This document shows, one piece after another, positions 44,246 to 55,080 of a stretch of 64,000 nucleotides of DNA. Source of the DNA: Gammaproteobacteria bacterium (GTDB taxonomy: Bacteria > Pseudomonadota > Gammaproteobacteria > Ga0077536); the NCBI GenBank assembly GCA_030429865.1, contig JAUIFX010000001.1, forward strand, positions 2,190-66,189. Direction: 5' to 3'. Numbering within the stretch: position 1 is the first letter of the stretch; each line of letters begins with the position of its first letter. The position numbers and the translations under genes were made by a program. Under the pieces are notes generated by a model. It saw only the letters and a program-made list of their open reading frames with translations, was not told where the DNA came from and searched no databases.

Positions 44246-46699
44246 ATGGACGCGGCCAGCGCAGACCCGTACGCGGAACGTCTCATCGACGACGCGCCGT
44301 TTCTTCTCTGGGTAACCGACGCCGCCGCCGCGGTCGTCTATGCCAATGCCGCGTGGCACGCATTCACCGGTTGCGGTCCGACCGGCTACGCGGGCGCCGC
44401 CTGGCTCGACGACGTTCACCCGGATGACCGTGCCCGCTGCCACGCTGCCCTGAACCCGGACGGTGACGAGCTCGAGCTGCGGCTGCGCCGCCACGACGGC
44501 GCATTTCGCTGGCTGCACGCCCGCGTGCGCGCCCACTACGACGACGACGGCGAGGTACTCGGCTACGCCGTTTACGGCGTCGACGTGAGCGCCCTGCACG
44601 AGGCGCGCGAGGCCGAGTACAACGCCCGCCTGCGCCTCGAGCTCGCCATCAGCGGGGCCAATGAGGGTATCTGGGACCGGCCGGACTACGACTGCGAGGA
44701 CGAGTACTGGTCGCCGCGCATCTACGAGTTGCTCGGCTACGAGGACCGCGCCTTCGCCGGCGGCTACGCGGCGCTGCTGGAACGCGTTCACCCCGACGAT
44801 CGCGATCTCATCGTCGCCAGCCTGGACAAGGCCATCGACCGCCGCGCGACCTACAACCAGGAATACCGCCTGCGCACGCGCCGCGGCGAGTACCGCTGGT
44901 TTCATTCGCGCGCCGTGATCGTGCGGGACGCCAACGGCAAACCGGTTCGCATGACCGGCTCGCTCGCCGATATCCACGCGCGCAAGACCGCCGAGTTCGC
45001 CCTGCGCGACGAGAAGGAAAAGGCCGAGGTGACTCTCGCCTCCCTCGCCGAGGGCGTGATCACCATCGACGACAACGGCGTGGTCGAATACATGAACGGT
45101 GCTGCCGAGCGCCTCAGCGGTGCGGCGCCGGACGGCTGGCGCGGCCGGCCGCTCGACGACCTGCTGCCCGTGGTCGACGAGGACGGCGAAGCGATCGGCC
45201 TGCAGGCGGTATGCCGCGGGGTCGGGCAGGACGAGCGCCGCACGCTGGAAGGCTACCTCGCGCTGCGCCCCGGCAAGCGTACCGTCCTCGAGATCACGGT
45301 CGCTCCGCTCGGCGGCGGGCGCGGTCATCACACCGGCGACATCGTGGTCCTGCGCGACGTGACCGAGGCGCGGCGCATGGCGCGGCGCATGGCCCACCAG
45401 GCGACCCACGATCCGCTCACCAACCTCGTCAACCGGCGCGAGTTCGAGCGCCGCCTCGAACGCATCCTGCGCAGCGCGCGGGACGATGCCACGCGCCACG
45501 CGTTGTGCTACATCGACCTCGACCAGTTCAAGATCATCAACGACTCCTGCGGTCACGGCGCCGGCGACGAACTGCTCAAGCAGATCGCGCGCCTGCTGCG
45601 GGGTGCCGTGCGCAAGCGCGACACGGTCTGCCGCCTCGGTGGCGACGAGTTCGGCGTTCTCATGGAACACTGCGACCTCGAACACGCCGTGCGCAGCGCC
45701 GATCTCATCCGCGAACGCACCGCCGCCTACCGCTTCACCTGGGAGGGGCGCGGCTTCGCCATCGGCACCAGCATCGGCGTGGTTGCCATCACCACCGACA
45801 GCGACGACCTGGCCGGCGTGCTGCGCCGCGCCGACGCCGCCTGCTACGCGGCCAAGGAGCAGGGCCGCAACCGCGTGCACGTCTACCACGACGACGACGC
45901 CGAAATGGCGCGCATGCACAGCGAGATGCGCTGGGTCGCGCGCATCAACCACGCGCTCGAGGCCGATGCCTTCGAACTGTACTACCAGGCCGTGCACGCG
46001 GCGGGTACGCAGCGATCCGGCGCGCCCTACTACGAGTTCCTGCTGCGCATGCGTGAAGGCGAGAGCCTCGTCGCGCCGGGGAACTTCCTCCCCGCGGCGG
46101 AACGCTACGGACTCGCTACGCGCGTCGACCGCTGGGTCGTCGAACATGCGCTGATGCTGCTTGCCGGCGCCACCCTGCCCGGCGGCGACGACGCCGTGTG
46201 GGCCATCAACCTGTCGGGCGCCTCGCTTGGTGACGAGCATTTCACTGCGTGGGTCGTCGAGCAACTCGAAACGAGCGGCGTCGACGGCGCGCGGGTCTGC
46301 TTCGAACTCACCGAAACCGCGGCCATCACCAATCACACGAGCGCCATCGTCTTTCTCGAGACGCTGCGCGAGCGCGGCGTGCGCTTTGCCCTCGACGACT
46401 TCGGCTCCGGGCTGTCTTCGTTCGCCTACCTCAAGAGCCTGCCCGTCGACTTCCTCAAGATCGACGGCGTGTTCGTCCGCGACCTCGCCAGCGATCGTAT
46501 CGCGCACGGCATCGTCAAGGCCATCGTCGACATCGGCCACCTGATCGGATCGACCACCATCGCCGAGTTCGTCGAGGACGCGGCGACCGCGCGGGAACTC
46601 GAACGCCTCGGCGCCGACTACCTGCAGGGCTATCACTTCGCGCGGCCGCGACCGGCGCTTGCGCAAGACTGCGGCGGCAACCGCGCCACGACCGCCTGA
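44246..46699 (+). CDS. PAS/PAC sensor-containing diguanylate cyclase/phosphodiesterase (PAS x3, GGDEF, EAL)
   Basis: Three PAS-like segments; GGDEF motif (RLGGDEFGVLM); EAL domain with EFLLRMREGE. Start uncertain (ATG 44246 or in-frame GTG 44216). Confidence 0.85.
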   Translation: MDAASADPYAERLIDDAPFLLWVTDAAAAVVYANAAWHAFTGCGPTGYAGAAWLDDVHPDDRARCHAALNPDGDELELRLRRHDGAFRWLHARVRAHYDDDGEVLGYAVYGVDVSALHEAREAEYNARLRLELAISGANEGIWDRPDYDCEDEYWSPRIYELLGYEDRAFAGGYAALLERVHPDDRDLIVASLDKAIDRRATYNQEYRLRTRRGEYRWFHSRAVIVRDANGKPVRMTGSLADIHARKTAEFALRDEKEKAEVTLASLAEGVITIDDNGVVEYMNGAAERLSGAAPDGWRGRPLDDLLPVVDEDGEAIGLQAVCRGVGQDERRTLEGYLALRPGKRTVLEITVAPLGGGRGHHTGDIVVLRDVTEARRMARRMAHQATHDPLTNLVNRREFERRLERILRSARDDATRHALCYIDLDQFKIINDSCGHGAGDELLKQIARLLRGAVRKRDTVCRLGGDEFGVLMEHCDLEHAVRSADLIRERTAAYRFTWEGRGFAIGTSIGVVAITTDSDDLAGVLRRADAACYAAKEQGRNRVHVYHDDDAEMARMHSEMRWVARINHALEADAFELYYQAVHAAGTQRSGAPYYEFLLRMREGESLVAPGNFLPAAERYGLATRVDRWVVEHALMLLAGATLPGGDDAVWAINLSGASLGDEHFTAWVVEQLETSGVDGARVCFELTETAAITNHTSAIVFLETLRERGVRFALDDFGSGLSSFAYLKSLPVDFLKIDGVFVRDLASDRIAHGIVKAIVDIGHLIGSTTIAEFVEDAATARELERLGADYLQGYHFARPRPALAQDCGGNRATTA

Positions 46700-46958
46700 A
46701 GCGCCGCTCGCCGGCGGACTCGCGTCGCGGCGATTGACAACGCCGAGAGGCTTCGTCGATGCTCTCCCGGCGGCGCCGGTGCCGTTTCGCCGCAGGGACG
46801 AACCCGGGCCGGTGAGTCCGGTTCGCCCGCGGTGCTTCGATCGATCGCTGCGCAGGCAGGCCGATTGCGGCCTTCGAGCGTGCCGGCCGCGGCGCGCCGC
46901 GCGGCGATCTCCGCCCCTCGCGGCCATCGCGATCCCAGCGACCACGGAATCAACGACC

Positions 46959-47429
46959 ATGGAGAACGCCTTGTACATCCTGGTAGTCGCAAGCCTGGTC
47001 GGCGCGGGCGTCGTCACCGGACTGTTGTTCGCCTTCTCGAACTTCGTCCTGGCCGCGCTCGCCGAGCTGCCGCACGAGCACGCCCTGTTCGCAATGCAAC
47101 GCGTCAACGAACGGATCATCAACCCGCTCTTTCTGCTGCTGTTCCTGGGAACGCCTCTCGCCTGCCTGGGCATCATCGCCACGAGTGGCTCGGGGGGCGC
47201 CGCACAGTTGCCCCTGGTGATCGGCGCGCTGCTCTACCTCGCGGGGCCGCTGGGTGTGACGGTGCTGCGCAACGTGCCCCTCAACAACCGCCTTGCCGGC
47301 GCGACGGCCGAGGACGCGGCGACGGCCTGGCCCGACTACGTGAGACGCTGGCAGTTCTGGAACCACGTCCGCAGCTACATGGGTATTGCCGCGCTGGCTT
47401 TGCTCGGCTGCGGAGCGGTGGCCTTGTGA
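46959..47429 (+). CDS. DUF1772 (anthrone-oxygenase-like) membrane protein
   Basis: 156 aa, four hydrophobic helices; internal ATG of a longer R-rich track ORF. Confidence 0.5.
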   Translation: MENALYILVVASLVGAGVVTGLLFAFSNFVLAALAELPHEHALFAMQRVNERIINPLFLLLFLGTPLACLGIIATSGSGGAAQLPLVIGALLYLAGPLGVTVLRNVPLNNRLAGATAEDAATAWPDYVRRWQFWNHVRSYMGIAALALLGCGAVAL

Positions 47430-47451
47430 CCACGCCCGCGCGAGTGCCGCG

Positions 47452-47649
47452 ATGAAGTACGTCGTCCTTCTCGCCGCGGGCACGCTCGCGATTGGCGCCC
47501 TGCTCACGATCGCGCTGTATTACCTCGCCGGGTCGGACGTGGCGTACTTCTTCGCCAGGTTCCTTGCCGGGCCCGTGGGCTTCATCGCCTCGTTCGTGCT
47601 GTTCATTGCCTATGACACGGTCCGGCCGCGGCAGGGTCGCGGCGAATAG
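47452..47649 (+). CDS. Hypothetical small membrane protein (65 aa, two TM)
   Basis: MKYVVLLAAGTLAIGALLTIALYYLAG...FIASFVLFIAYDTV; 22 nt after the upstream gene. Confidence 0.3.
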   Translation: MKYVVLLAAGTLAIGALLTIALYYLAGSDVAYFFARFLAGPVGFIASFVLFIAYDTVRPRQGRGE

Positions 47650-47851
47650 CCCCGGCAGGCGCGGGCCGGAGACGATTGCCGTCGCCGCGCTCCCGGCGCC
47701 ATTCAGCCCGTCGCGCGCGTCGACTACACTGCGAACCATGTCAGCCGGCCGCGCAGTTCAACCGTGATGACGCCGCGTCCATGCTCACGCGAGCTGGTAT
47801 GCAGCGCGCGCGGCGCTCGAACCGTCCCCTGCGGGACGCGGTGACCGGCCG

Positions 47852-48940
47852 ATGATCGCTCGATCTCCCGGGCGCGCGCAGCAAGTCTGCTTCGTCGCCG
47901 CGTCGGTCCATGCCGCCCTGGTCGTGCCCCTGTCCCTGGCGGCCGGCAGCAGCCTGCCGTTCGCCCTGGAGGCCTATGCTCCACCGGTCGGCCACGCACG
48001 CGAACTGCTCGGCGGATTCGTCCTCGCGGTCGTCACGGGCTACCTGCTCGGCCGGCCTTCGCGCGGGCTGTTCGGCGTACTCTGCGCGCCCTGGCTGGCG
48101 GCGCGCTTCGGCTGGCTGCTCGACGCCGGTGGCCCGTGGGCACTGGCCAGCCAGGGCGCATTCGCGCTCGCATTCACCGCGAGCCTGGCGCCGAAGTTCA
48201 TCGGCAGCGGTCGCCGCTGGCGCAATCTCGCCATCGCGCCGCTGCTCGCCCTGCTCGCCGCCGCCTCCGTCGCGCTCGACGGCATCACGGGCAACCTCGC
48301 GCTCGTGCACCAGGTCATGCTCCTGCTGCTGGCCATCCTGCTCGCCTTCATGGGCGGGCGGGTGCTCGCGCCCGCGGTGACGACGCAGCGCGAGCGTGAC
48401 GGCCACTCACCCGCGGTACGTATGCAACCGCGCCTCGAGGGCACGATCATGGCGCTCCTCGCGGCGGCGGCCACGGCGCTCGCCGCCGGGCTCGCGTCGA
48501 TCGCCGGCGCCGCCACGCTCGCGGCCGGCGCCGTCAGCGCGATCCGGCTGTGGCGCTGGCGCATCTGGACCTGCCGCGCCCGTACCGACCTGTGGTGCCT
48601 CGGCGCCGGCCACCTGTGGTTGTCACTCGGGCTGCTGGCGTTCGGCCTCGACCTCGCGCGCGGCAGCGGTACCAGTGCGGCGCTTCACCTGCTGACCGTC
48701 GGCGCACTCGGCACGTTCACGTTCAACATCATGCTGCGAGCGCGGCTGCAGCGTACGCAGGGCGAGCCGGCGCGGGAGTCGCTGCTGCCGGCCGGCACCG
48801 TGCTGCTTGCCGTGGCAACACTCGCGCGCTATGCCGCGACGCCGTCCGGCATGGGGCATGCGCCGATCCTGATCGGCGCGGCGGCAGCGGCGTGGACCGT
48901 GGCCTACGTCGCACTCGCGCGGCGCCTCCTGCGCGCGTAG
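47852..48940 (+). CDS. nnrS: NnrS-family membrane protein (NO-response associated)
   Basis: Polytopic membrane protein with conserved N-terminal His region (HARELLGGFVLAVVTGYLL) as in NnrS. Confidence 0.55.
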   Translation: MIARSPGRAQQVCFVAASVHAALVVPLSLAAGSSLPFALEAYAPPVGHARELLGGFVLAVVTGYLLGRPSRGLFGVLCAPWLAARFGWLLDAGGPWALASQGAFALAFTASLAPKFIGSGRRWRNLAIAPLLALLAAASVALDGITGNLALVHQVMLLLLAILLAFMGGRVLAPAVTTQRERDGHSPAVRMQPRLEGTIMALLAAAATALAAGLASIAGAATLAAGAVSAIRLWRWRIWTCRARTDLWCLGAGHLWLSLGLLAFGLDLARGSGTSAALHLLTVGALGTFTFNIMLRARLQRTQGEPARESLLPAGTVLLAVATLARYAATPSGMGHAPILIGAAAAAWTVAYVALARRLLRA

Positions 48941-49085
48941 GGTAGCGACATCGACAGGTGCACTCCATGCTCATCGGCGACGTCTTCAGCCCGGCACGCG
49001 TGACCACGCGCGATGCCGGCAACAACCTCGTACGCGGGGGCCGCGCGGTAGCCGCCGCGCCGCCCACCGGCGCCGGGTACTCGCC

Positions 49086-49709
49086 ATGACCGGATCGGCG
49101 GCTTTCTGGGACCGCATCGCCGCGCGGTACGCACGCAAGCCCGTCGCCGACGAAGCGGCGTACCAGCGGAAACTCGCTGTCAGCCGAGACTACTTCACGC
49201 GCGATTCGGAACTACTCGAGATCGGCTGCGGTACGGGTTCGACCGCACTCGCGCACGCGCCCTACGTGAAGCACATCCGTGCCATCGATTTTTCGTCCAG
49301 CATGATCGCCATCGCCGAGAAGAAGCGCGTCGACCAGCGCATCGACAACGTCACCTTCGAGTGCCGCGGCGTCGGCGAACTTGCCGATGACGGCCGCTGC
49401 TACGACGGCATCCTCGCGCTCAGCGTGCTCCACCTGCTCGATGACTGGCGCGGCGCGATCGGCCTCGTACACGACCTGCTGGTGCCCGGCGGCGTGTTCA
49501 TCAGCAGCACCGCGTGCATACGCGACATGCTGCCCGGCTTCCGCTTCATCGCGCCGCTCGGCCGCACGCTCGGTCTGCTGCCGGAGCTGAGCTGCTTCAC
49601 GGCCGCGAGCCTGCGCCGGGCGCTCGACGACGCCGGCTTCACGATCGCCTTCGAATGGCAACCGGGCAAGCGCCAGGCGCTGTTCCTGGTCGCCCGCAAA
49701 CCGCGTTGA
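49086..49709 (+). CDS. Class I SAM-dependent methyltransferase (UbiE/COQ5-like)
   Basis: LLEIGCGTGSTAL (motif I), DGILALSVLHLLDDW, GGVFISST. Confidence 0.7.
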   Translation: MTGSAAFWDRIAARYARKPVADEAAYQRKLAVSRDYFTRDSELLEIGCGTGSTALAHAPYVKHIRAIDFSSSMIAIAEKKRVDQRIDNVTFECRGVGELADDGRCYDGILALSVLHLLDDWRGAIGLVHDLLVPGGVFISSTACIRDMLPGFRFIAPLGRTLGLLPELSCFTAASLRRALDDAGFTIAFEWQPGKRQALFLVARKPR

Positions 49710-49720
49710 AGGCTGCGTGC

Positions 49721-50458
49721 ATGCATCCGACACCCGCCGTCGCCGACGCACTCGCCGGGCTCGCCCGCGCCTTCGATGCATTGCACGAAGCGGACGTCCG
49801 CGCGAATCCCGGCGGCCTGCTGGCGCAGGATCGGCCGCGCGCCGTCGCCGACATCGACGCCGCGCTCGATGCCACGCTGTCGGCCTTTCACACCCTGTGC
49901 CTCGCAACCGACGCGCAATGGCCCGACGTGCCGGTTGACTGGTACGCCAACGCGGACCTTGCCCTGGTACTCGCCCTGCACGCGGCCCGCGCGCAAGGCG
50001 ACGCGCGCCGCCCACGCACCGTTTACGCCGCCCACGCACAGGGCGCGCCGCGCCCGACGGCGCTGGAACACTACGTGCTGGTCGATTTCGATTACGCGGT
50101 GGAACGCGCTGATGCATTCGACGTGTTCCTTTCGTGGACGGACTTCGAGGCATACCTCGCGCAAGACGGCGCCGCTCACCAACGCCGCGCCGCGACCGTC
50201 GCATGCATTCGCCACTATCTCGGCGCCGACGACTTCCCGCACTACGCGGCCCACCACGCACTGCCCCTCGAACGCGTGTTTTTCAACGTCGTGCCACTGT
50301 TCGTCAACGCCGGCGCGACCGTCGCCACCCTGATCGCCCCGGTCGTCGAAGCCGACGCACAGGCGCGCGCACTGCTCGGCCACCGCTTCGCAGCGAACGT
50401 ACGCGCCGACACCCGCCGCCCGCTGGTGTCGTGCGGACCCTTCCTGCTACCGGCCTGA
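49721..50458 (+). CDS. Hypothetical protein (245 aa)
   Basis: ATG 11 nt after the methyltransferase stop; no family recognised. Confidence 0.4.
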   Translation: MHPTPAVADALAGLARAFDALHEADVRANPGGLLAQDRPRAVADIDAALDATLSAFHTLCLATDAQWPDVPVDWYANADLALVLALHAARAQGDARRPRTVYAAHAQGAPRPTALEHYVLVDFDYAVERADAFDVFLSWTDFEAYLAQDGAAHQRRAATVACIRHYLGADDFPHYAAHHALPLERVFFNVVPLFVNAGATVATLIAPVVEADAQARALLGHRFAANVRADTRRPLVSCGPFLLPA

Positions 50459-50486
50459 GCGGCGCCGGCCGGCACCGTGCCGTGCG

Positions 50487-53375
50487 TCAGGCATCCTCCG
50501 CCCAGGCTTCCGGCGGCGGACAGCTGCACACGAGGTGACGATCGCCGTGCACGTTGTCGATGCGCGCGACCGGCGGCCAGTACTTGTCGGCAATGTCCGC
50601 GCCCGCCGGAAAAAACGCCTGCATCTTGTCGTAGGGCCGCTCCCAGCGCTCGGCGATGAGCAGGCGGTGAGTGTGCGGCGCATGCTTGAGGGGATTGTCC
50701 TCGGCATCGGATTCGCCGCGCTCGACGGCCGCGATCTCCTCGCGAATGGCGATCATCGCTGCGCAGAAGCGGTCGAGTTCGCGCTTGTTCTCGCTTTCTG
50801 TCGGCTCGATCATGAGCGTGTCGGCGACGGGGAAGGACATCGTCGGGGCGTGGAAGCCGAAGTCGGCGAGGCGCTTGGCGACGTCGTCGACGGTGATGCC
50901 CGTGGCGTGCTTGATCGGGCGCAGGTCGATGATGCACTCGTGGGCAACGCAGCCGTTCTTTCCCGTGTACAGCACCGGGTAGTGCTCGCGAAGGCGATGC
51001 GCCACGTAGTTGGCCGCGAGGATCGCAACCAGCGTCGCGCGGCGCAGTCCCTGTGCGCCCATCATCGCGATGTAGGCCCAGGAGATCGGCAGAATGCTCG
51101 GCGAGCCCCACGGTGCCGCGGAGACGGTGCCGATGGTACCGGCCGGGCCGGCAGCCGGATTCACGCCGCCGATGACCGGATGATCCGGCAGGTAGGGCGC
51201 GAGGTGCGCCATGACGCCGATCGGCCCCATGCCCGGACCGCCGCCACCGTGGGGGATGGCGAAGGTCTTGTGCAGGTTGACGTGCATGACGTCGGCGCCG
51301 ATCTCCCCCGGCCGGCAGATGCCGACCAGGGCGTTGAGGTTCGCCCCGTCCATGTAGACCTGCCCGCCGTGCTCGTGCACCACGTGGCAGATTTCGCGGA
51401 TAGCGGCCTCGAACACGCCGTGCGTCGACGGGTAGGTGATCATCAGCGCAGCGAGGCTGTCGGCGTGCTCGGCGGCCTTGGCGCGCAGGTCGGCGACGTC
51501 GACGTTGCCGCTGTCGTCGCAGGCGACAAGCACGATACGCAGGCCTGCCATCACCGCGCTGGCGGGATTCGTGCCGTGGGCCGAAGCCGGCACGAGGCAG
51601 ACGTCGCGGGCGCCTTCGCCGCGCACCTCGTGGTACTTGCGAATCGTCAGCAGGCCGGCGTACTCGCCTTGTGAACCCGCGTTCGGCTGCAGCGAGAACG
51701 CGGCGAAACCGGTCAGGTCGCAGAGCATGCTCTCGAGCTCCGAGAACAGCTGCTGGTAACCCTGCGCCTGGTCGAGCGGCGCGAACGGGTGCAGGTCGGC
51801 GAACTCGCGCCACGACAAGGCCTGCAGCTCGGCGGCCGCGTTGAGCTTCATGGTGCACGAGCCGAGCGGGATCATGGCGCGGTCGAGGGCGATGTCGCGG
51901 CGCGCGAGGCGGCGCATGTAGCGCATCATCTCGGTTTCCGAATGATAGCGCTCGAACACCGGGTGAGTGAGTATCGGGTCGCGGCGCAGCAGTTCGCCGG
52001 GCAGGTTCTCGCCGATCTCGCGATCGAGCGCGGCGATGTCGAGTTCGTCGTCATCGCGCGCGAACACGCGCCACAGCGCGCGCAGGACGCCACGCGTCAC
52101 GGTCTCGTCGAAGGCGATACCGAGATGATCGGCATCGACCACGCGCAGGTTGATGCCGGCCTCGCGCGCGCGCGCCGCGAGGTGACGCGCCCGGTGCGGT
52201 ACCCGTACCGTGAGAGTGTCGAAGAACTGCGCGTGCACGACTTCGTAGCCGAGCCGTTGCAGCGCCAGCGCGAGAATCTGCGCGAGCCGGTGTACGCGCC
52301 CCGCGATCTGCGCGAGGCCGTGCGGGCCGTGGTAGATGGCGTAGAAACCGGCGATGATCGCGAGCAGGACCTGCGCGGTGCAGATGTTCGACGTCGCCTT
52401 GTCGCGGCGGATGTGCTGTTCGCGGGTCTGCAGCGCCATGCGCAGCGCGGGGTGTCCGTCACGGTCCACCGACACGCCGATGATGCGCCCGGGCGTCGCA
52501 CGCACGAAGGCCTCGCGGGTCGCGAAGTACGCCGCGTGCGGCCCGCCGTAGCCCATCGAGACGCCGAAACGCTGCGCGCTGCCGACAACGATATCCGCCC
52601 CCAGCGCACCCGGCGCCGTCAGCATGACCAGCGCGAGCGGATCGGCGGCGACCGCCGCGATCGCCTGCCGGGCATGTGCGGCCTCGATCACTGCGCGGAA
52701 ATCGCGTACCGCGCCGCTCGAGCCCGGGTACTGCAGCAGGATGCCGAAATAATCCTCCTCGGTACCCCAGGTCCCGGGGTCGCCGACGACGACATCGAAG
52801 CCGAAGTAACGCGCGCGCGTCTCGACGACGGCGATCGTCTGCGGGTGGCAGTCGGCATCGACGAGAAAGCGCCGGCCCTGGTTCTTGGCCACGCGCCGCG
52901 CCATCGCCATGGCCTCGGCCGCGGCGGTGGCCTCGTCGAGCAGTGATGCGTTCGCCACCGGCAGGCCGGTGAGATCGATGATCATCTGCTGGAAATTGAG
53001 CAGCGCTTCGAGGCGCCCCTGGCTGATCTCGGCCTGGTAGGGCGTGTAGGCGGTATACCAGCCGGGATTCTCGAGCACGTTGCGCTTGATGACCTCCGGC
53101 ATCACCGTGCCGTGATAACCCATGCCGATCATCGACACGTTGACGCGGTTGCGCGCGCACATCTTGCGCAGGTAGGCGAGCACCGCCTGCTCGGAGATGG
53201 TCTCGGTCAGCGCCAGCGGCGCGTCGGAGACGATGTCATCGGGGACCGCGCGGGTGACGATGTCGTCCAGCGAATCCAGCCCGAGCTCGGCCAGCATCTC
53301 GGCGACCTGGGCCGCGTCCGGCCCGATGTGGCGGCGGACAAAGTCGCCGCGCTGCTCGAAATCACGCAGCCGCAT
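50487..53375 (-). CDS. gcvP: Glycine dehydrogenase (decarboxylating), glycine cleavage system P protein
   Basis: 962 aa, full-length GcvP ([19 protein letters not shown]...). ATG at 53375 preceded by GGAGGG SD. Confidence 0.95.
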   Translation of the reverse strand: MRLRDFEQRGDFVRRHIGPDAAQVAEMLAELGLDSLDDIVTRAVPDDIVSDAPLALTETISEQAVLAYLRKMCARNRVNVSMIGMGYHGTVMPEVIKRNVLENPGWYTAYTPYQAEISQGRLEALLNFQQMIIDLTGLPVANASLLDEATAAAEAMAMARRVAKNQGRRFLVDADCHPQTIAVVETRARYFGFDVVVGDPGTWGTEEDYFGILLQYPGSSGAVRDFRAVIEAAHARQAIAAVAADPLALVMLTAPGALGADIVVGSAQRFGVSMGYGGPHAAYFATREAFVRATPGRIIGVSVDRDGHPALRMALQTREQHIRRDKATSNICTAQVLLAIIAGFYAIYHGPHGLAQIAGRVHRLAQILALALQRLGYEVVHAQFFDTLTVRVPHRARHLAARAREAGINLRVVDADHLGIAFDETVTRGVLRALWRVFARDDDELDIAALDREIGENLPGELLRRDPILTHPVFERYHSETEMMRYMRRLARRDIALDRAMIPLGSCTMKLNAAAELQALSWREFADLHPFAPLDQAQGYQQLFSELESMLCDLTGFAAFSLQPNAGSQGEYAGLLTIRKYHEVRGEGARDVCLVPASAHGTNPASAVMAGLRIVLVACDDSGNVDVADLRAKAAEHADSLAALMITYPSTHGVFEAAIREICHVVHEHGGQVYMDGANLNALVGICRPGEIGADVMHVNLHKTFAIPHGGGGPGMGPIGVMAHLAPYLPDHPVIGGVNPAAGPAGTIGTVSAAPWGSPSILPISWAYIAMMGAQGLRRATLVAILAANYVAHRLREHYPVLYTGKNGCVAHECIIDLRPIKHATGITVDDVAKRLADFGFHAPTMSFPVADTLMIEPTESENKRELDRFCAAMIAIREEIAAVERGESDAEDNPLKHAPHTHRLLIAERWERPYDKMQAFFPAGADIADKYWPPVARIDNVHGDRHLVCSCPPPEAWAEDA

Positions 53376-53398
53376 GCTGCCCTCCTCGCGGTACGCGC

Positions 53399-53776
53399 TC
53401 ACAGGCCGGCAACGTAGTCCTGGTAGGCCGCCTCGTCCATGAAGGCATCCAGATCCGCGGCATCGTCGGCCTCGATGCGCAGCAGCCAGCCGTCGCCGAG
53501 CGGCGCGCCGTTGACGAGTTCGGGGGCATCGGCGAGACGGTCGTTGACGGCGACGATGCGCCCGGCCACTGGCATGTTGATCTCGCCGACCGCCTTGACC
53601 GATTCGATCACCACCACCTGGGTGCCCGCGGCGACGGCGGCATCGGCCTCGGGCAGTTCGACGTAGACGATGTCGCCGAGTTGTTCCTGCGCGTAATCGG
53701 TGATGCCGACAGTGATGCTGCCGTCGTCCTCACGGCGCAGCCATTCGTGATCCTGGGTGAACTTGAGCGTGCTCAT
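53399..53776 (-). CDS. gcvH: Glycine cleavage system H protein (lipoyl carrier)
   Basis: 125 aa, [42 protein letters not shown]...[15 protein letters not shown] (lipoyl-lysine motif ESVKA). Only the C-terminal part of the 367-aa track ORF. Confidence 0.9.
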   Translation of the reverse strand: MSTLKFTQDHEWLRREDDGSITVGITDYAQEQLGDIVYVELPEADAAVAAGTQVVVIESVKAVGEINMPVAGRIVAVNDRLADAPELVNGAPLGDGWLLRIEADDAADLDAFMDEAAYQDYVAGL

Positions 53777-53790
53777 GGGCGGGGGTTTCC

Positions 53791-54903
53791 TCAGCCTCTG
53801 TAGTAACGGTGGGGGACGAAAGGCAGCGCATGGATTTCGACCTCGTGGCGCCGTTCGCGGATCGCGACCTCGAGCCGGGTACCCGGCCGCGCGCAGGCGC
53901 GCTCGACGTATCCCATGGCGACCGGATGACCGACGCTGGCGCCGAAACTGCCGGACGTCACCGTGCCGACGACGCGGCCGGCAGTGTCGACGAGTTCGGT
54001 ACCGGCACGCAACGGCACGCGGCCGCTGGGTGCCAGGCCGACGCGCACCCGCGGCGTGCCGTGGGTGAGTTGGTCGAGAACCACCTCGGCGCCCGGAAAG
54101 CGCGCCGCGGCGCTGCCGTCGCGGTACTTGCGCGCGACCGTCCAGGCGAGGTCGGCCGCGATCGGCGTGGTGGTGGCGTCGATATCGGTGCCGGACAGGC
54201 ACAGCCCGGCTTCGAGACGCAGCGAATCGCGCGCGCCGAGACCGACCGGCGCGACGCGCTCGTCGGCCAGCAGGCGCCGCGCGAGGCCTTCGGCATCGGC
54301 AGCGTCGAGGGCGATCTCGAAGCCGTCCTCGCCGGTGTAACCGCAGCGGTTGACCAGGCAGGTGCGGCCGGCCAGCCGGCACTCGCGCGCCGACATGAAC
54401 GGCAGCGTCGCGACTTCCGGCTCGAGCGCGCCGAGCACCGCCGCCGCGGCCGGCCCCTGCAAGGCGAGCAGCGCGCGGTCCTCGGCCAGGCTGACGCGGC
54501 ACGCCGCACCGAGCCCGGCTACCAGGTGCGCCAGGTCGTCATGCTTGAACGCGGCATTGGCCACGACGAACAGGCGCCCTGGCAGGCGCGTGATCATCAG
54601 GTCGTCGCGAATGCCGCCGTCGGCGTTGGTCAGCAGGCTGTAGCGTTGGCGCCACAGCCCAAGTCCCGCGATGTCGCCCGGCACCAGGGTCTCGAGCGCG
54701 TCGAGATCGCCCTCGATGGTGATCTGCCCCATGTGCGAGACGTCGAACAGGCCCGCGGCGCGCCGCGTGTGCAAATGCTCCTGGCGGATGCCGCCGTCGT
54801 ACTGCAACGGCATCGCGTAGCCGGCGAACGGCACCAGCCGGGCACCAAGCTCGCGGTGGAGTGCCTCCAGCGCCGTCGATCGGCCCGCAACCGCGTCATT
54901 CAT
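53791..54903 (-). CDS. gcvT: Aminomethyltransferase, glycine cleavage system T protein
   Basis: 370 aa, typical GcvT (ALHRELGARLVPFAGYAMPLQY...FDVSHMGQI...). Confidence 0.9.
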   Translation of the reverse strand: MNDAVAGRSTALEALHRELGARLVPFAGYAMPLQYDGGIRQEHLHTRRAAGLFDVSHMGQITIEGDLDALETLVPGDIAGLGLWRQRYSLLTNADGGIRDDLMITRLPGRLFVVANAAFKHDDLAHLVAGLGAACRVSLAEDRALLALQGPAAAAVLGALEPEVATLPFMSARECRLAGRTCLVNRCGYTGEDGFEIALDAADAEGLARRLLADERVAPVGLGARDSLRLEAGLCLSGTDIDATTTPIAADLAWTVARKYRDGSAAARFPGAEVVLDQLTHGTPRVRVGLAPSGRVPLRAGTELVDTAGRVVGTVTSGSFGASVGHPVAMGYVERACARPGTRLEVAIRERRHEVEIHALPFVPHRYYRG

Positions 54904-55080
54904 CGGCCATTGTCTCCACGCACGCGCTGCATCGTGCCCTGGTGTCTCCGAACCCTGTGCTGCCGCCGGCCTGTCATTCGCGCTGCCGGTGGAGGCATCA
55001 CCATATCATCCCGACCCGGGGCGGCGACCAGTCCGCTCGCCGCCCCGCGATCAAGTTTCGTCGCTGCCGTCCGCTACCCG

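Noticed and set aside
44051-47182. 1043-aa minus-strand ORF antisense to the PAS-GGDEF-EAL gene
   Set aside because: Opposite a gene with unambiguous GGDEF/EAL motifs; low-complexity composition.
54904-55080. Possible glycine riboswitch in the gcvT leader (divergent region between gcvT and the GGDEF gene)
   Set aside because: The reverse-complement leader is only ~177 nt and lacks the conserved CUCUGGAGAG ... ACCGAAGGGGCAA aptamer elements. Only two GGAGAC hexamers and a 9-bp GC hairpin (55019-55045) are present. A covariance-model search (Rfam RF00504) would be decisive.
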